Positions 38,114-47,476 of a stretch of 64,000 nt of DNA are shown here, one piece after another. Origin of the DNA: Candidatus Latescibacterota bacterium. Lineage in GTDB: Bacteria; Latescibacterota; UBA2968; UBA8231. The stretch is taken from positions 2,208,001-2,272,000 of the forward strand of contig OZ241867.1 in the NCBI GenBank assembly GCA_965203175.1. The letters run 5' to 3'. A program made the position numbers and the translations under genes. The notes below the pieces were generated by a model. That model made no database searches. It was not told the DNA's origin and saw only the letters and a program-made list of their open reading frames with translations. The first letter of the stretch is position 1. The number at the start of each line of letters is the position of its first letter.

Positions 38114-39496
38114 ATGGAAGAGCAAATTGGTGTAGTTATCGAGCAGGGGCCGGCGGATTGGCAGGTTGTGCAGCAGGACGAGCGCGGGAAGGGGAGGATT
38201 GAGTTGGGGGGGAGGTGGAAGTTCGAGACGCCCGGACAAGTGGAGGTGCGCTTGGTGTGGGAGGATACGGGGGTGGCTGTTGCGGCCGGTTTGGACTGGC
38301 AGGCTGTGCCGACAGAGGAAGATGGGACTTGGAAGGGTGCTTTGGAACACATACCGGCGGGAGGGCTCTATCGGCTGGAGACGCGGTTGCGGACGGCGGA
38401 GAATCCGGCTGGGGAGTGGTCGCCGAGGGGAGATATGCGGCACTTTTTGGGCATAGGCGATTTGTGGGTGATTGCCGGGCAGAGCAATTCGGCTGGATAC
38501 GGGCGCGGGCCGTACGAGGACCCAGCGGAACTGGGAGTGCATCTATTTAGGAATAGCGAGCAATGGGCGCTGGCGGCGCATCCGATGAACGAATCGACGG
38601 ATACCCAGCACGCAGTGAACCGAGAGGCCGCCAATCCAGGGCACTCGCCCTACCTGCAATTTGGGTGCACGCTCAAAAGGACGCTCTCGCACCCGGTGGG
38701 TTTGGTGCAGACGGCGTTGGGAGGCTCTCCGCTTACTCGGTGGAATCCCGGCGAGCCGGGGGCGGCGGATTTGTTTGACAATATGGTGCAGTGCGTGGAG
38801 AAGGTAGGGGGGAAGGTTCGGGGGATTGTGTGGTATCAGGGGGAAAGCGATACGGGGACCGACGCGGACGCGACCAGTTATGCGGAGCGGTTCCAGCAAG
38901 CAGTCGCCGCTTGGCGGGAGGCCCTTGCGGACGTGGAGTTGCCGGTGCTCACCGTGCAGCTAAACCGCGTGTACCAACCCGCAGACCCGGATGCCGATCG
39001 GCGCTGGAGCCAAGTGCGTGAGGCGCAGCGACAGGTGGCGCGGCAAACGCCGGGCATAGGCGTGGTGCCAGCGCTCGACTTGCCGCTTGCGGATCAGATC
39101 CACACCAGTCCCGCTGGCAATATGCTCTTGGGCGAGCGATTGGCGCAGGCGGCTTTGGGGTTGGTTTATGGACAAGCAGTAGCTTGGCAGGCACCGGATT
39201 TGGTAGCGGCTCGGCGGCGGGAGGACCGTGTCGAGCTAGAGTTTGCAGCCGTCGAGAGCCGGATGGACAGCATTGACCTAGAAGCCAACAGCTTCCGGGT
39301 CGAGGATGCGGCCGGCGAGGTTCCGGTCGCGGCAGTGAGCTATCCCAAGGACCATCGCGTCGAGTTGATTTTGGAGCGGCCCTTGCAAGGGGTGGCTAGG
39401 GTCCACGGCGGCTACGGCAAGGATCCGGCCACCGTGCCAGCGGACATGGAGCGCTTTTTGCCGATGTTGGGCTTCTGGGGCGTGGAGATCGTCTGA
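38114..39496 (+). CDS. Sialate O-acetylesterase (SASA/CE6-like) domain protein
   Basis: IAGQSNSAG, WYQGESD, DQIH motifs. Confidence 0.85.
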   Translation: MEEQIGVVIEQGPADWQVVQQDERGKGRIELGGRWKFETPGQVEVRLVWEDTGVAVAAGLDWQAVPTEEDGTWKGALEHIPAGGLYRLETRLRTAENPAGEWSPRGDMRHFLGIGDLWVIAGQSNSAGYGRGPYEDPAELGVHLFRNSEQWALAAHPMNESTDTQHAVNREAANPGHSPYLQFGCTLKRTLSHPVGLVQTALGGSPLTRWNPGEPGAADLFDNMVQCVEKVGGKVRGIVWYQGESDTGTDADATSYAERFQQAVAAWREALADVELPVLTVQLNRVYQPADPDADRRWSQVREAQRQVARQTPGIGVVPALDLPLADQIHTSPAGNMLLGERLAQAALGLVYGQAVAWQAPDLVAARRREDRVELEFAAVESRMDSIDLEANSFRVEDAAGEVPVAAVSYPKDHRVELILERPLQGVARVHGGYGKDPATVPADMERFLPMLGFWGVEIV

Positions 39497-39563
39497 TTAT
39501 ACATCACGCGGTGAAGTGAGCTAAGGTGTTTGGCCGGATCTCCCAATCGCTGGAAGGATTCGT

Positions 39564-42500
39564 ATGAGTGACATATCCTTTGAGCACGTGTTGAGTAGCC
39601 AGTATACGGTCTTTGATGGGCTAGCTGGTATGCACGTGGAAGACATCTACCAAGATCGCCAGGGCTTCCTCTGGATCGCCACAGCCGACGGCGGCGTTAG
39701 CCGGTTCGACAGCGCTCGGTTCGATACGTTTGGCCTCAAGGACGGCCTGCCCAATCTGACAGTCATGGCCATTGCCGAAGACGCCGATGGGCGGCTGCTA
39801 TTCGGCACATTCGGTGGGGGGCTTGCCGCGTACGACGGGCGTGAGTTTCAGGTGTACACCACCGAGCACGGCCTGCCTTCCAACAAAATTTTGGGTCTGC
39901 AAGCCCAGCCAGACGGCTTGATTCTAGTGCTGACTGATGCGGGTGTGGCGTGGTTTGTCGAGGGACACTGCATAAGGTGCATAACCGAAGTTGGCGGCCA
40001 ACCGTTGAAGCGAGTGCGCGATATGGCCACCGACGCGGGTGGCACTACTTGGTTGGCGACGATGAACCGAGGCGTCCTCAGCTTGGATGGGCGGTATATG
40101 GGTATGAGCGAGGGAGCGGGCCAATGGCCTTGGAAATTCGCCCAAGAACCCTCCGGCTATTTGTGGATTTCCTTCCATTACACGAGTAGCGAAGTCTTGA
40201 TCGGCTGCTACGACCCACAGGACCAACAGCTCGCGTTCGTTGATGTGGGCAAAGGCGACGAGGGGGTGGTGCAGCACGGGACGCGGCACGTGCGGGCTGA
40301 CGAGAGGGGCTGGCTCTGGCTGACTCACAGGGGTGTTATGGTATACGACGGGCAGGAGTGGCATCCCTTTTCTGCTTCCTTGCCAGATATTGACTTTTCG
40401 GCTACGCGGCTGACATACGAGGACCGCGAGGGCAATATCTGGATTGGGCTTTGGGGAGGTGGGCTGGTTTTTTGCGATCCGGTCAGCATCCGGCGCTACA
40501 CAGAAGCCGATGGCCTGCCTGATCGAGAGATTCGCTGCTTAGGTGAAGATCCTGGAGGGCGGATATGGATTGGCACGATGGGAGGCATGGCCTGTATGGA
40601 AGAAGGCCAAATCCGCCCGGTCAAGACGGGGGAAATCGTCTCGGCGATAGTGGTAGATGGCCAGGGCCAAGTCTGGAGTGGTGGAGATGCAGGCAAGGTG
40701 TACAAGTGGGAAGGCCAAACGCCCCAAGCGATCCCTGTAACCGAAGAGACCCATCCCGAAGAAATCGCTGGGCTATGTGAAGATGGGCAAGGGCGTATCT
40801 GGGTCGGCACGTCTGAGAGCCGCTTTGGCTGGATAGAGGGAAATTGCTTTATCTCTCTTGAATGCGGCACTGCGCTACAAGACCAAGACGAGTCATTCTG
40901 GATTGGATCATTGCTGCGAGACCAAGACGGAGTATTTTGGCTTGGTTCAGTTGGAGAAGTACCCGCACTATACTGTTACGAGGATGGCCACTTGCGCCCG
41001 GCGGATATAGCCGAAGTAGAGTCCATCGCTTATGTCAACGTCTTGTGGGAGCATCAAAACACGCTGTGGGTGGGTACGGGCAAGGGGCTTTTTGCCCTTA
41101 ATCTCCAGTCTCGGCAGGTGTACCACTTTACCGCCGAGCAGTTTGGGCTGTCGGCCAATGGCATCTTGGCGCTGACCGCCGACTCGCAGGACAACATCTG
41201 GATGGGCACCAGCGGAGGCGGTGTCCTCCGCTACGACGGCCAGACCTTCCAGAGTATCCGTTTGGGACCATCCGCTCTCGAAAACATGGTCGAAGCCGTC
41301 CTGTGCGATCGTCGCGGTCGGCTGTGGTTTGGCACGCGGGCAGGACTAGTCGCCTATCAGCCGGGACACGCGCCGCCGCGCCTGGTCATCCGCGAGGTGA
41401 TGGCTGGCACCCGCTTGGCCGCGCCCGAAGCCGTATCCTGCCCAGAGAGCACCCCTGAGATACGCATTCATTTTCAAGGCATTAGCTTCCGCACGGGCGC
41501 AGGTCAGATGCGCTACAGCCACCGCTTGTTAGGCCACGGCCCGACGGAACAGTGGAGTGCGTTTACAGCCGCCGATGCGGTCGCGTACGATGCCCTGCCG
41601 GTAGGCGAGTATTGCTTTGAGGTGCGGACGATGGACCGCGATGGCCTGCTGTCCGAGGTCGCCAGTCTGGAGATGCAAATCCTCCCCGACGCCAAAACCG
41701 AACGCATCCACGCCCTTGAAAACGTGCTGCGAGCTACCGACCACGTCGTGCATAGCCAGAGTTGGTCCATGCGCCAGGTGCTGGAGCAGACCATGCGAGT
41801 CGCCGAGACGGCGATGACCGTGCTGGTGCTGGGCGAGACCGGTACCGGCAAGGGCTTACTGGCGCAGGTTATCCACGAAACAAGCACCCGCCGCATGCGG
41901 CCCTTTATCCATGTCAACTGTGGGGCCCTACCCGCCGGGTTGGTCGAAAGCGAGTTGTTCGGTCACGAGAAGGGGGCTTTTACTGGCGCAGATAGCCGCC
42001 AGCTTGGCCGCTTTGAACTGGCCGATGGCGGCACCCTCTTTCTCGACGAAATCGGCGATTTGCCGTTGGAGTCTCAGCGGGTGCTGCTGCACATCTTGGA
42101 GGAGAATACGCTGACTCGCGTCGGCGGTCAGCAGCCTGTACCCGTGGACGTGCGGGTCATCGCGGCGACCAACCGCGACCTGCGTCAGGCCATCCAGGAA
42201 GGCACGTTCCGCGAAGACCTGTTCTACCGCCTGAGCGTTTTTACGCTAGAGCTTCCGCCGCTGCGGCAGCGGCAAGAGGATATTCCGGCTTTGGCAGTGC
42301 ATTTTGCCGAGCGGTATGCCCAGCACCTACAGCAGCCGGTGCCGACGCTAGACGAGGGGGTGGTTGCGCACTTGCAGGCGTATGCTTGGCCGGGGAATGT
42401 GCGGGAGTTGGAGCACCTGATCAATAGGGCGGTCTTGCTGTGTGAGGACGGGGTGATACGCGTTGGTGATTTGTTGCTGCCGTCGGTCGGTCATCGGGTT

Positions 42501-42689
42501 GGCGATGCGGTGCCTCCAGCGCCAGCGGCTGGCGAGGGCTTGGACGAAAAGCAGCAGATTGTGGAGGCACTGCAAGCGACCCACTGGAGAATCTATGGAG
42601 TACATGGTGCAGCCGCGTTGTTGAGTATGCACCCGGAGAAGCTGCGTTACCGCATGCAGAAATACGGGTTACAACGCCCGAAGAAGTAG
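39564..42689 (+). CDS. Sigma54-dependent activator with N-terminal two-component-regulator beta-propellers and Y_Y_Y domain
   Basis: DxxGxLWIGT propeller repeats, LPVGEYCFEV, GETGTGK, GAFTGA, WPGNVREL, C-terminal Fis-type HTH. Confidence 0.92.
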   Translation: MSDISFEHVLSSQYTVFDGLAGMHVEDIYQDRQGFLWIATADGGVSRFDSARFDTFGLKDGLPNLTVMAIAEDADGRLLFGTFGGGLAAYDGREFQVYTTEHGLPSNKILGLQAQPDGLILVLTDAGVAWFVEGHCIRCITEVGGQPLKRVRDMATDAGGTTWLATMNRGVLSLDGRYMGMSEGAGQWPWKFAQEPSGYLWISFHYTSSEVLIGCYDPQDQQLAFVDVGKGDEGVVQHGTRHVRADERGWLWLTHRGVMVYDGQEWHPFSASLPDIDFSATRLTYEDREGNIWIGLWGGGLVFCDPVSIRRYTEADGLPDREIRCLGEDPGGRIWIGTMGGMACMEEGQIRPVKTGEIVSAIVVDGQGQVWSGGDAGKVYKWEGQTPQAIPVTEETHPEEIAGLCEDGQGRIWVGTSESRFGWIEGNCFISLECGTALQDQDESFWIGSLLRDQDGVFWLGSVGEVPALYCYEDGHLRPADIAEVESIAYVNVLWEHQNTLWVGTGKGLFALNLQSRQVYHFTAEQFGLSANGILALTADSQDNIWMGTSGGGVLRYDGQTFQSIRLGPSALENMVEAVLCDRRGRLWFGTRAGLVAYQPGHAPPRLVIREVMAGTRLAAPEAVSCPESTPEIRIHFQGISFRTGAGQMRYSHRLLGHGPTEQWSAFTAADAVAYDALPVGEYCFEVRTMDRDGLLSEVASLEMQILPDAKTERIHALENVLRATDHVVHSQSWSMRQVLEQTMRVAETAMTVLVLGETGTGKGLLAQVIHETSTRRMRPFIHVNCGALPAGLVESELFGHEKGAFTGADSRQLGRFELADGGTLFLDEIGDLPLESQRVLLHILEENTLTRVGGQQPVPVDVRVIAATNRDLRQAIQEGTFREDLFYRLSVFTLELPPLRQRQEDIPALAVHFAERYAQHLQQPVPTLDEGVVAHLQAYAWPGNVRELEHLINRAVLLCEDGVIRVGDLLLPSVGHRVGDAVPPAPAAGEGLDEKQQIVEALQATHWRIYGVHGAAALLSMHPEKLRYRMQKYGLQRPKK

Positions 42690-42730
42690 CGCAGGACACA
42701 AGAGATTATACAGGAGGCCAACGGCCAACA

Positions 42731-42784
42731 AAAGTCGTGGAAGTCCACGAAAAAATCGTGGAAGTCCACGGAAAAATCGTGGAA
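42731..42784. repeat. 2.5 copies of a 21-bp unit containing palindrome CGTGGA-ag-TCCACG (probable enhancer/UAS)
   Basis: Palindromes at 42736 and 42757 and a half-site at 42778, about 120-170 bp upstream of the sigma54 promoter. Confidence 0.75.
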
Positions 42785-42902
42785 ACCCTTGCGCCGATGG
42801 CGAGGAAGTGCCCTATAGAAAGACCGCTCCTATAATTCTAAATATCATGTTTTTCAATCCTTTAGGATATCCTAAAGGATTTTTTGTCGGCGGCCGAATG
42901 TT

Positions 42903-42918
42903 TGGCACGGAATGTGCT
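42903..42918 (+). promoter_or_regulatory. Sigma54 (-24/-12) promoter
   Basis: TGGCACG-gaat-GTGCT fits TGGCACG-N4-TTGCW; lies next to the sigma54 activator gene. Confidence 0.8.
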
Positions 42919-42971
42919 TATATATCCTCAGTAGTGCACCCTATTCACAACCTTATGCAAGGAGCCACATT

Positions 42972-43880
42972 ATGAGGTATCGGTTCATGCTAATCATCTG
43001 CTTGGCAACGCTGGGACTGGCCGACGCTGGCTGGGGGGAAGCCGACGGTAAAATCGCATTTATCTCCGGTCGCGACTCTGGTCGCGAAGAGCACCACCAT
43101 GACGTGTGGATTATGAATGCGGATGGGAGTGACCCTGTAAACCTGACCAAAGGACGGCATTGCACTAGCCCGGCTTGGTCCCCGGATGGCACGAAGATCG
43201 CCTATATCGGTGACATTTTTGACGACGAGCAGTACGGTGGGGAGATTTGGTTGATGGATGCCGACGGCGGCAACCCACAGCAACTAACAGACGATTCAGT
43301 CGATGGACTATTGCTTTCGTGGTCTGAAGATGGGCATAGCATTTACTATACCGTGCAGACTACGGACGGTCCGAGAAACTCTCCTAGTACATTTGTTTTG
43401 GCGCTGGACGGAAGTGGCTCCTCGCCCGTGGACAACTGGAGAGAGGTGCCCCACAATCGTCGCGCCAGTCGTTCCCCGGATGGAACCAAAGAAGCAATCG
43501 TCGTGCTGCAAGAACAAGGGGACGAAGAGGGCCATGTCCGCCTCTATGTCCGAGATGCGAGTGAAGACGAATTTATCCCCCGACCTACTGATGAGCACCC
43601 GGGTGTTCTCCTGTCTGGCATGCCCTCCCAGAGAGATGAGACCGAGCGCGACTGGACAGTGTCAACTCGTCCTACTTGGTCGCCCGATAGTATGAGGATA
43701 GCCTTCTCTTCTCGCGACGGCATTTGGGCCGTTGATATAGACGGGGGCAACTTGGTCGAACTGACCAACGGCTTAGGTGGAAACTCTCCTGCTTGGCAAC
43801 CGACTATCCCCGCTGCTACAAGCGTCGAGGCCCAGTCGTGGGGACGGATCAAAGCGCTACTTTCAACAGCTATCCGTTAA
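42972..43880 (+). CDS. Secreted TolB-like/PD40 beta-propeller protein
   Basis: Signal peptide, KIAFIS, SPAWSPDGTKIAY, PTWSPD, C-terminal TSVEAQSWGRIKALL. Confidence 0.85.
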   Translation: MRYRFMLIICLATLGLADAGWGEADGKIAFISGRDSGREEHHHDVWIMNADGSDPVNLTKGRHCTSPAWSPDGTKIAYIGDIFDDEQYGGEIWLMDADGGNPQQLTDDSVDGLLLSWSEDGHSIYYTVQTTDGPRNSPSTFVLALDGSGSSPVDNWREVPHNRRASRSPDGTKEAIVVLQEQGDEEGHVRLYVRDASEDEFIPRPTDEHPGVLLSGMPSQRDETERDWTVSTRPTWSPDSMRIAFSSRDGIWAVDIDGGNLVELTNGLGGNSPAWQPTIPAATSVEAQSWGRIKALLSTAIR

Positions 43881-43891
43881 TCACGCCTCGT

Positions 43892-43923
43892 GCGTAGGGC
43901 GGTTAGCAAGCCCACCCCTACGC
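43892..43923. repeat. REP-like GTAG palindrome
   Basis: GCGTAGGG...CCCTACGC between convergent genes. Confidence 0.5.
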
Positions 43924-44004
43924 GCCCTTCCGCTCCAACCCCGCCTTCTCTTGGACCCGCTGATCAAGAGAAGGCGGGAGCACAACACCCGTATCTATCG
44001 CCTA

Positions 44005-44958
44005 CTATTGATGCGCTCGGTTAATCAACACGGCACTCAAGATCAACGCCCCCCGCACCACGAGTTGCCAGTATTCGCTGATGTTCATCAGCGTCATGCC
44101 GTTGACCAAGATGCCCAAGAACACCACGCCGATCAGGGTGCCGCGTATCTGACCCTCGCCGCCCATCAAGCTAGTGCCGCCGATGATGACCGCGGCGATC
44201 ACGTCCAATTCCCACCCCCTAGCCGTCGTTGCCGCACCGGACATGATCTCGGCCGACTGCATGATGCCGGCCAGTGCCGCCAAGAAGGCGACAATCGCCA
44301 TGACGGTGATCTTGATTTTGCCGACCTCAATGCCGCTCAATCGCGCGGCCTCGGCATTGCCACCCACTGCGTAGATCGAACGCCCCAGCGTGGTGTAGCC
44401 CATCAGGAAATGCGTCGTCAGAAAGACCAGTGCGAAGACCAGCGCCGGAAAGGGCACTCCGAGGAGATAACCGCCGCCTAGGAAATTGTACCACTCGGGA
44501 AAGGGCGTCAGCGGAAAGCCCCCGGTGATGAGTTGCGCCGATCCGGTCAAGACCGTCATCCACGCCAAGGTGATGATAAAGGTTGGTACCCCGAAGCGCA
44601 CGCGGATGAACCCGCTCAGGGCACCGACGCTCAAGCCCACCAATAAGGCCGCTAGCATGGCTACGGGTACTGCCAATTCTACCGCCAGCCCAGCCCCGGC
44701 CAAGTGCTGCGTCAAATAGGCGGTCAGGCAGCCGGCAAAAGCCACCGCCGACCCCACGCTCAGGTCGATCTCCCCGGAGATGATGACCATCGTCATGCCA
44801 AAGGCGATAATGCCCTGCATGGACACGTTGCGGAGCACGTTGAGCAGATTGTCCACGGAGAAAAACCCTTCGGCCTCAAACGCCAAGATCGCGCAGAGGA
44901 CGAAGAGAATGATCTCCATAATCGAGCGCTTCACCCACGCCAAAAGCCGTTCACGCAT
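44005..44958 (-). CDS. Monosaccharide ABC transporter permease (RbsC-like)
   Basis: GEIDLSVGS, VGGNAEAARLSGI, ELDVIAAVIIGGTSL. Confidence 0.93.
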   Translation of the reverse strand: MRERLLAWVKRSIMEIILFVLCAILAFEAEGFFSVDNLLNVLRNVSMQGIIAFGMTMVIISGEIDLSVGSAVAFAGCLTAYLTQHLAGAGLAVELAVPVAMLAALLVGLSVGALSGFIRVRFGVPTFIITLAWMTVLTGSAQLITGGFPLTPFPEWYNFLGGGYLLGVPFPALVFALVFLTTHFLMGYTTLGRSIYAVGGNAEAARLSGIEVGKIKITVMAIVAFLAALAGIMQSAEIMSGAATTARGWELDVIAAVIIGGTSLMGGEGQIRGTLIGVVFLGILVNGMTLMNISEYWQLVVRGALILSAVLINRAHQ

Positions 44959-46453
44959 TGCGGGTCTCCCCCATGCAGCGCAGCGCTAGCTCGTCGGTGC
45001 TGATTTCTCCGGGCCGCACTTGGCCTTCGATTCGTCCCTCGCGCATGATTAAGATCCGGTGGCAGACTTCAACTAGCTCTTCCAGTTCGGTCGATACAAA
45101 AAGCGAGGCGATGCCCTGACGGCTCAAATCCCACATGGCTTCGAAAATCTGCTGCTTGGCCTGCACGTCTACGCCGCGCGTCGGCTCGTCGAAGAGGATG
45201 ACCCGCGGACGATTGCCCAGCCAATTGCCCAGTACCACCTTTTGCTGGTTCCCTCCGCTCAGCGCCGAGACTGGGGCCTCGGTGTCGGCGACTTTGATTT
45301 CGAGTTGGGTTACTAGTGCGTCCACTACGGATTGCTCTTCCACGCGGGTGATGTACCCTCGGCGGGCGATCCGGTCCATGCTCGCCAAGCACATATTGGC
45401 GCGAATGCTATGGGCCTGGATCAGGGCTTCTTCCTTGCGGTTCTCAGGCGTAAAGGCCAAGCCCTGCGCCTTCATTTTCGGGGGGGTTGGCGCTTGTACG
45501 CGCTGGCCTTGGATCAATATCTGCCCGCGGTCGCAGGCGTCTGCGCCGAAGAGGGCGCGCAGCAGTTCGGTGCGGCCCGCGCCCAACATCCCGGCAATGC
45601 CGAGGATTTCGCCTTCGTAGAGCGCGAAGCTCACATCGGTGAAGGAGTCTCCGCGCGACAAGCCCTGCACTTCCAGCACTGGAGTCGCGCCCGGCTGCAA
45701 ATCATCCGGCCGCTCTTGTTGTGCGACTTCGCCGAACATCATTTGCACTATCTCCGCGATGCTCGTGTCCTGCATCGCCACCGTACCGATGTGATGCCCG
45801 TCGCGCAGCACCGTAATTCGGTCGGCGATAGAGTGCAATTCCTGTAGGCGGTGAGAGATGTAGATGATTGCCACGCCCGCTGCCGCCAGCCCTTTGACCA
45901 CGCGGAAGAGTTGTTCGGTCTCGTGCGTCGCCAGCGCCGAGGTCGGCTCGTCGAGGATGAGCACGGCCGGGTCAAAGGACATGGCCTTGGCGATCTCGAC
46001 GATCTGCTGCTGCGCCACCCCGAGATCGCCGGTGCGCACTCGGACGTCGATGGCGACTCCCAGCCTTGCGAGAACCGCCTCGGCCCGTGCGTAGGTTGCC
46101 GTCCAGTCGATGAGTCCGCGCCGCTTCGGCGTCCGGCCGAGCAAGATGTTCTCGGCTACGGTCAGCCCTGGAACCAAGCTTAGTTCCTGATAGACCATGG
46201 CGATGCCATAGTCAAAGGCGTCCTGCGGCGAGCGCAGCGCGACTGGTACCCCATCGCAGAGGATCCGCCCTCTGCTTGGAGCGACCGATCCGGCTAGGAT
46301 CTTGACCAGCGTGCTCTTGCCAGCGCCGTTTTTGCCGATTAGCGCGTGGACCTCGCCGGGGGCAAACCCCACCGAAACCTCGTCGAGTGCCACCGTCCCT
46401 GGGTAATCCTTGCCGAGGTTTTCGACTGCTAGTTTGAAGGAAGACTGACTCAC
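44951..46453 (-). CDS. Monosaccharide ABC transporter ATPase (RbsA-like, two domains)
   Basis: GKNGAGKST, DEPTSAL, LSGGNQQK, DEPTRGVDV. Confidence 0.95.
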   Translation of the reverse strand: MSQSSFKLAVENLGKDYPGTVALDEVSVGFAPGEVHALIGKNGAGKSTLVKILAGSVAPSRGRILCDGVPVALRSPQDAFDYGIAMVYQELSLVPGLTVAENILLGRTPKRRGLIDWTATYARAEAVLARLGVAIDVRVRTGDLGVAQQQIVEIAKAMSFDPAVLILDEPTSALATHETEQLFRVVKGLAAAGVAIIYISHRLQELHSIADRITVLRDGHHIGTVAMQDTSIAEIVQMMFGEVAQQERPDDLQPGATPVLEVQGLSRGDSFTDVSFALYEGEILGIAGMLGAGRTELLRALFGADACDRGQILIQGQRVQAPTPPKMKAQGLAFTPENRKEEALIQAHSIRANMCLASMDRIARRGYITRVEEQSVVDALVTQLEIKVADTEAPVSALSGGNQQKVVLGNWLGNRPRVILFDEPTRGVDVQAKQQIFEAMWDLSRQGIASLFVSTELEELVEVCHRILIMREGRIEGQVRPGEISTDELALRCMGETRNA

Positions 46454-47436
46454 TGATTGCCGAGGGCGATCAGGTCCGCGAGCCGCGAGCCGAAGGCCCG
46501 CACGCCATCCGGGTCGCGGCGCGCTACAAGCACCCCGTCCATCACTACCTTGGGCGCGACATCTTGCCCTTTGAGCGCCGCGATGGCTAGCCCCATGGCC
46601 TTTGTGCCCAATTCGAAAGGGGTCTGGGTGGTGAGGGCCTGCAAGATGTTGTCCTCGGCGAGCATGAACTCGACGAGCTGCTGGCTGGCATCGGTGCCAA
46701 AGACGACTACCTTCCCCTCGCGGCCGGCGTTTTTGACCGCCATTACCGACCCGACGGTGCCGCCTTCGTTGGCAGACCAGATGATGTCGATTTCTGGGTG
46801 GGCTGTGAGAATGTCCCCGGCTTTCTTGAGCGCCATTTCTGGCAGCCAGGCGTCCTGCTCGGCGACGAATTCCACGCCCGGCAACTGCCCGACCACCTCG
46901 ACGAACCCGTTGCGGCGCGCGTCGCTTTGCTCGGCGAGTTGCGACTTGAAGGCGAGGGTTGCAATTTTGGCTTGCCCTCCTAGCTGCTCTTCGATGTAGC
47001 GCCGTGCCACAAGCCCGGTCTGTCGGCCCAAGTCCCCTTGGTCGCTCTCGATATAGGCGGTGGGGATATCCCCTTCTACCGTTGTATTGTACGTCACCAC
47101 CACGATCCCGGCGTCCTTGGCTCGTTGCAAGGCAGTGGCCGAGGCTTTGGCGCTCAGCGGCGAGATCACAATGGCATCGACGCCGCGCGCGATATAGGTG
47201 TTGACTAGCTGAATTTCCTTGTCTGGCTTATTCGCGCTATTGGCCAGCAGCAGCTCGACGCCCGCTTTGTCGGCCGCGTCCTGCATCCCAAACTGGATCA
47301 GGCGGAAGAATTGGTCCTCCTGAAAGACGATCCCGGCGATTTTGAGTTTTTTCTCTGCTGGTGCTTCCTGCTGATCGCCGCAGCTTAGGGCGACTAGTCC
47401 CAAAACGGCTGCGATAGTCCATTGGCGCAATGTCAT
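46450..47436 (-). CDS. Sugar ABC substrate-binding lipoprotein (RbsB-like)
   Basis: Lipobox LSC, GVDAIVISP, periplasmic binding type I pattern. Confidence 0.9.
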   Translation of the reverse strand: MTLRQWTIAAVLGLVALSCGDQQEAPAEKKLKIAGIVFQEDQFFRLIQFGMQDAADKAGVELLLANSANKPDKEIQLVNTYIARGVDAIVISPLSAKASATALQRAKDAGIVVVTYNTTVEGDIPTAYIESDQGDLGRQTGLVARRYIEEQLGGQAKIATLAFKSQLAEQSDARRNGFVEVVGQLPGVEFVAEQDAWLPEMALKKAGDILTAHPEIDIIWSANEGGTVGSVMAVKNAGREGKVVVFGTDASQQLVEFMLAEDNILQALTTQTPFELGTKAMGLAIAALKGQDVAPKVVMDGVLVARRDPDGVRAFGSRLADLIALGNQ

Positions 47437-47476
47437 GTGTACCTCTCTGAGCGTGTTGTTGCGTTTAACGGCTCCG

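Noticed and set aside
42731-42784. Mini CRISPR array
   Set aside because: No unique spacers, 21-bp period and no cas genes; fits activator sites better.
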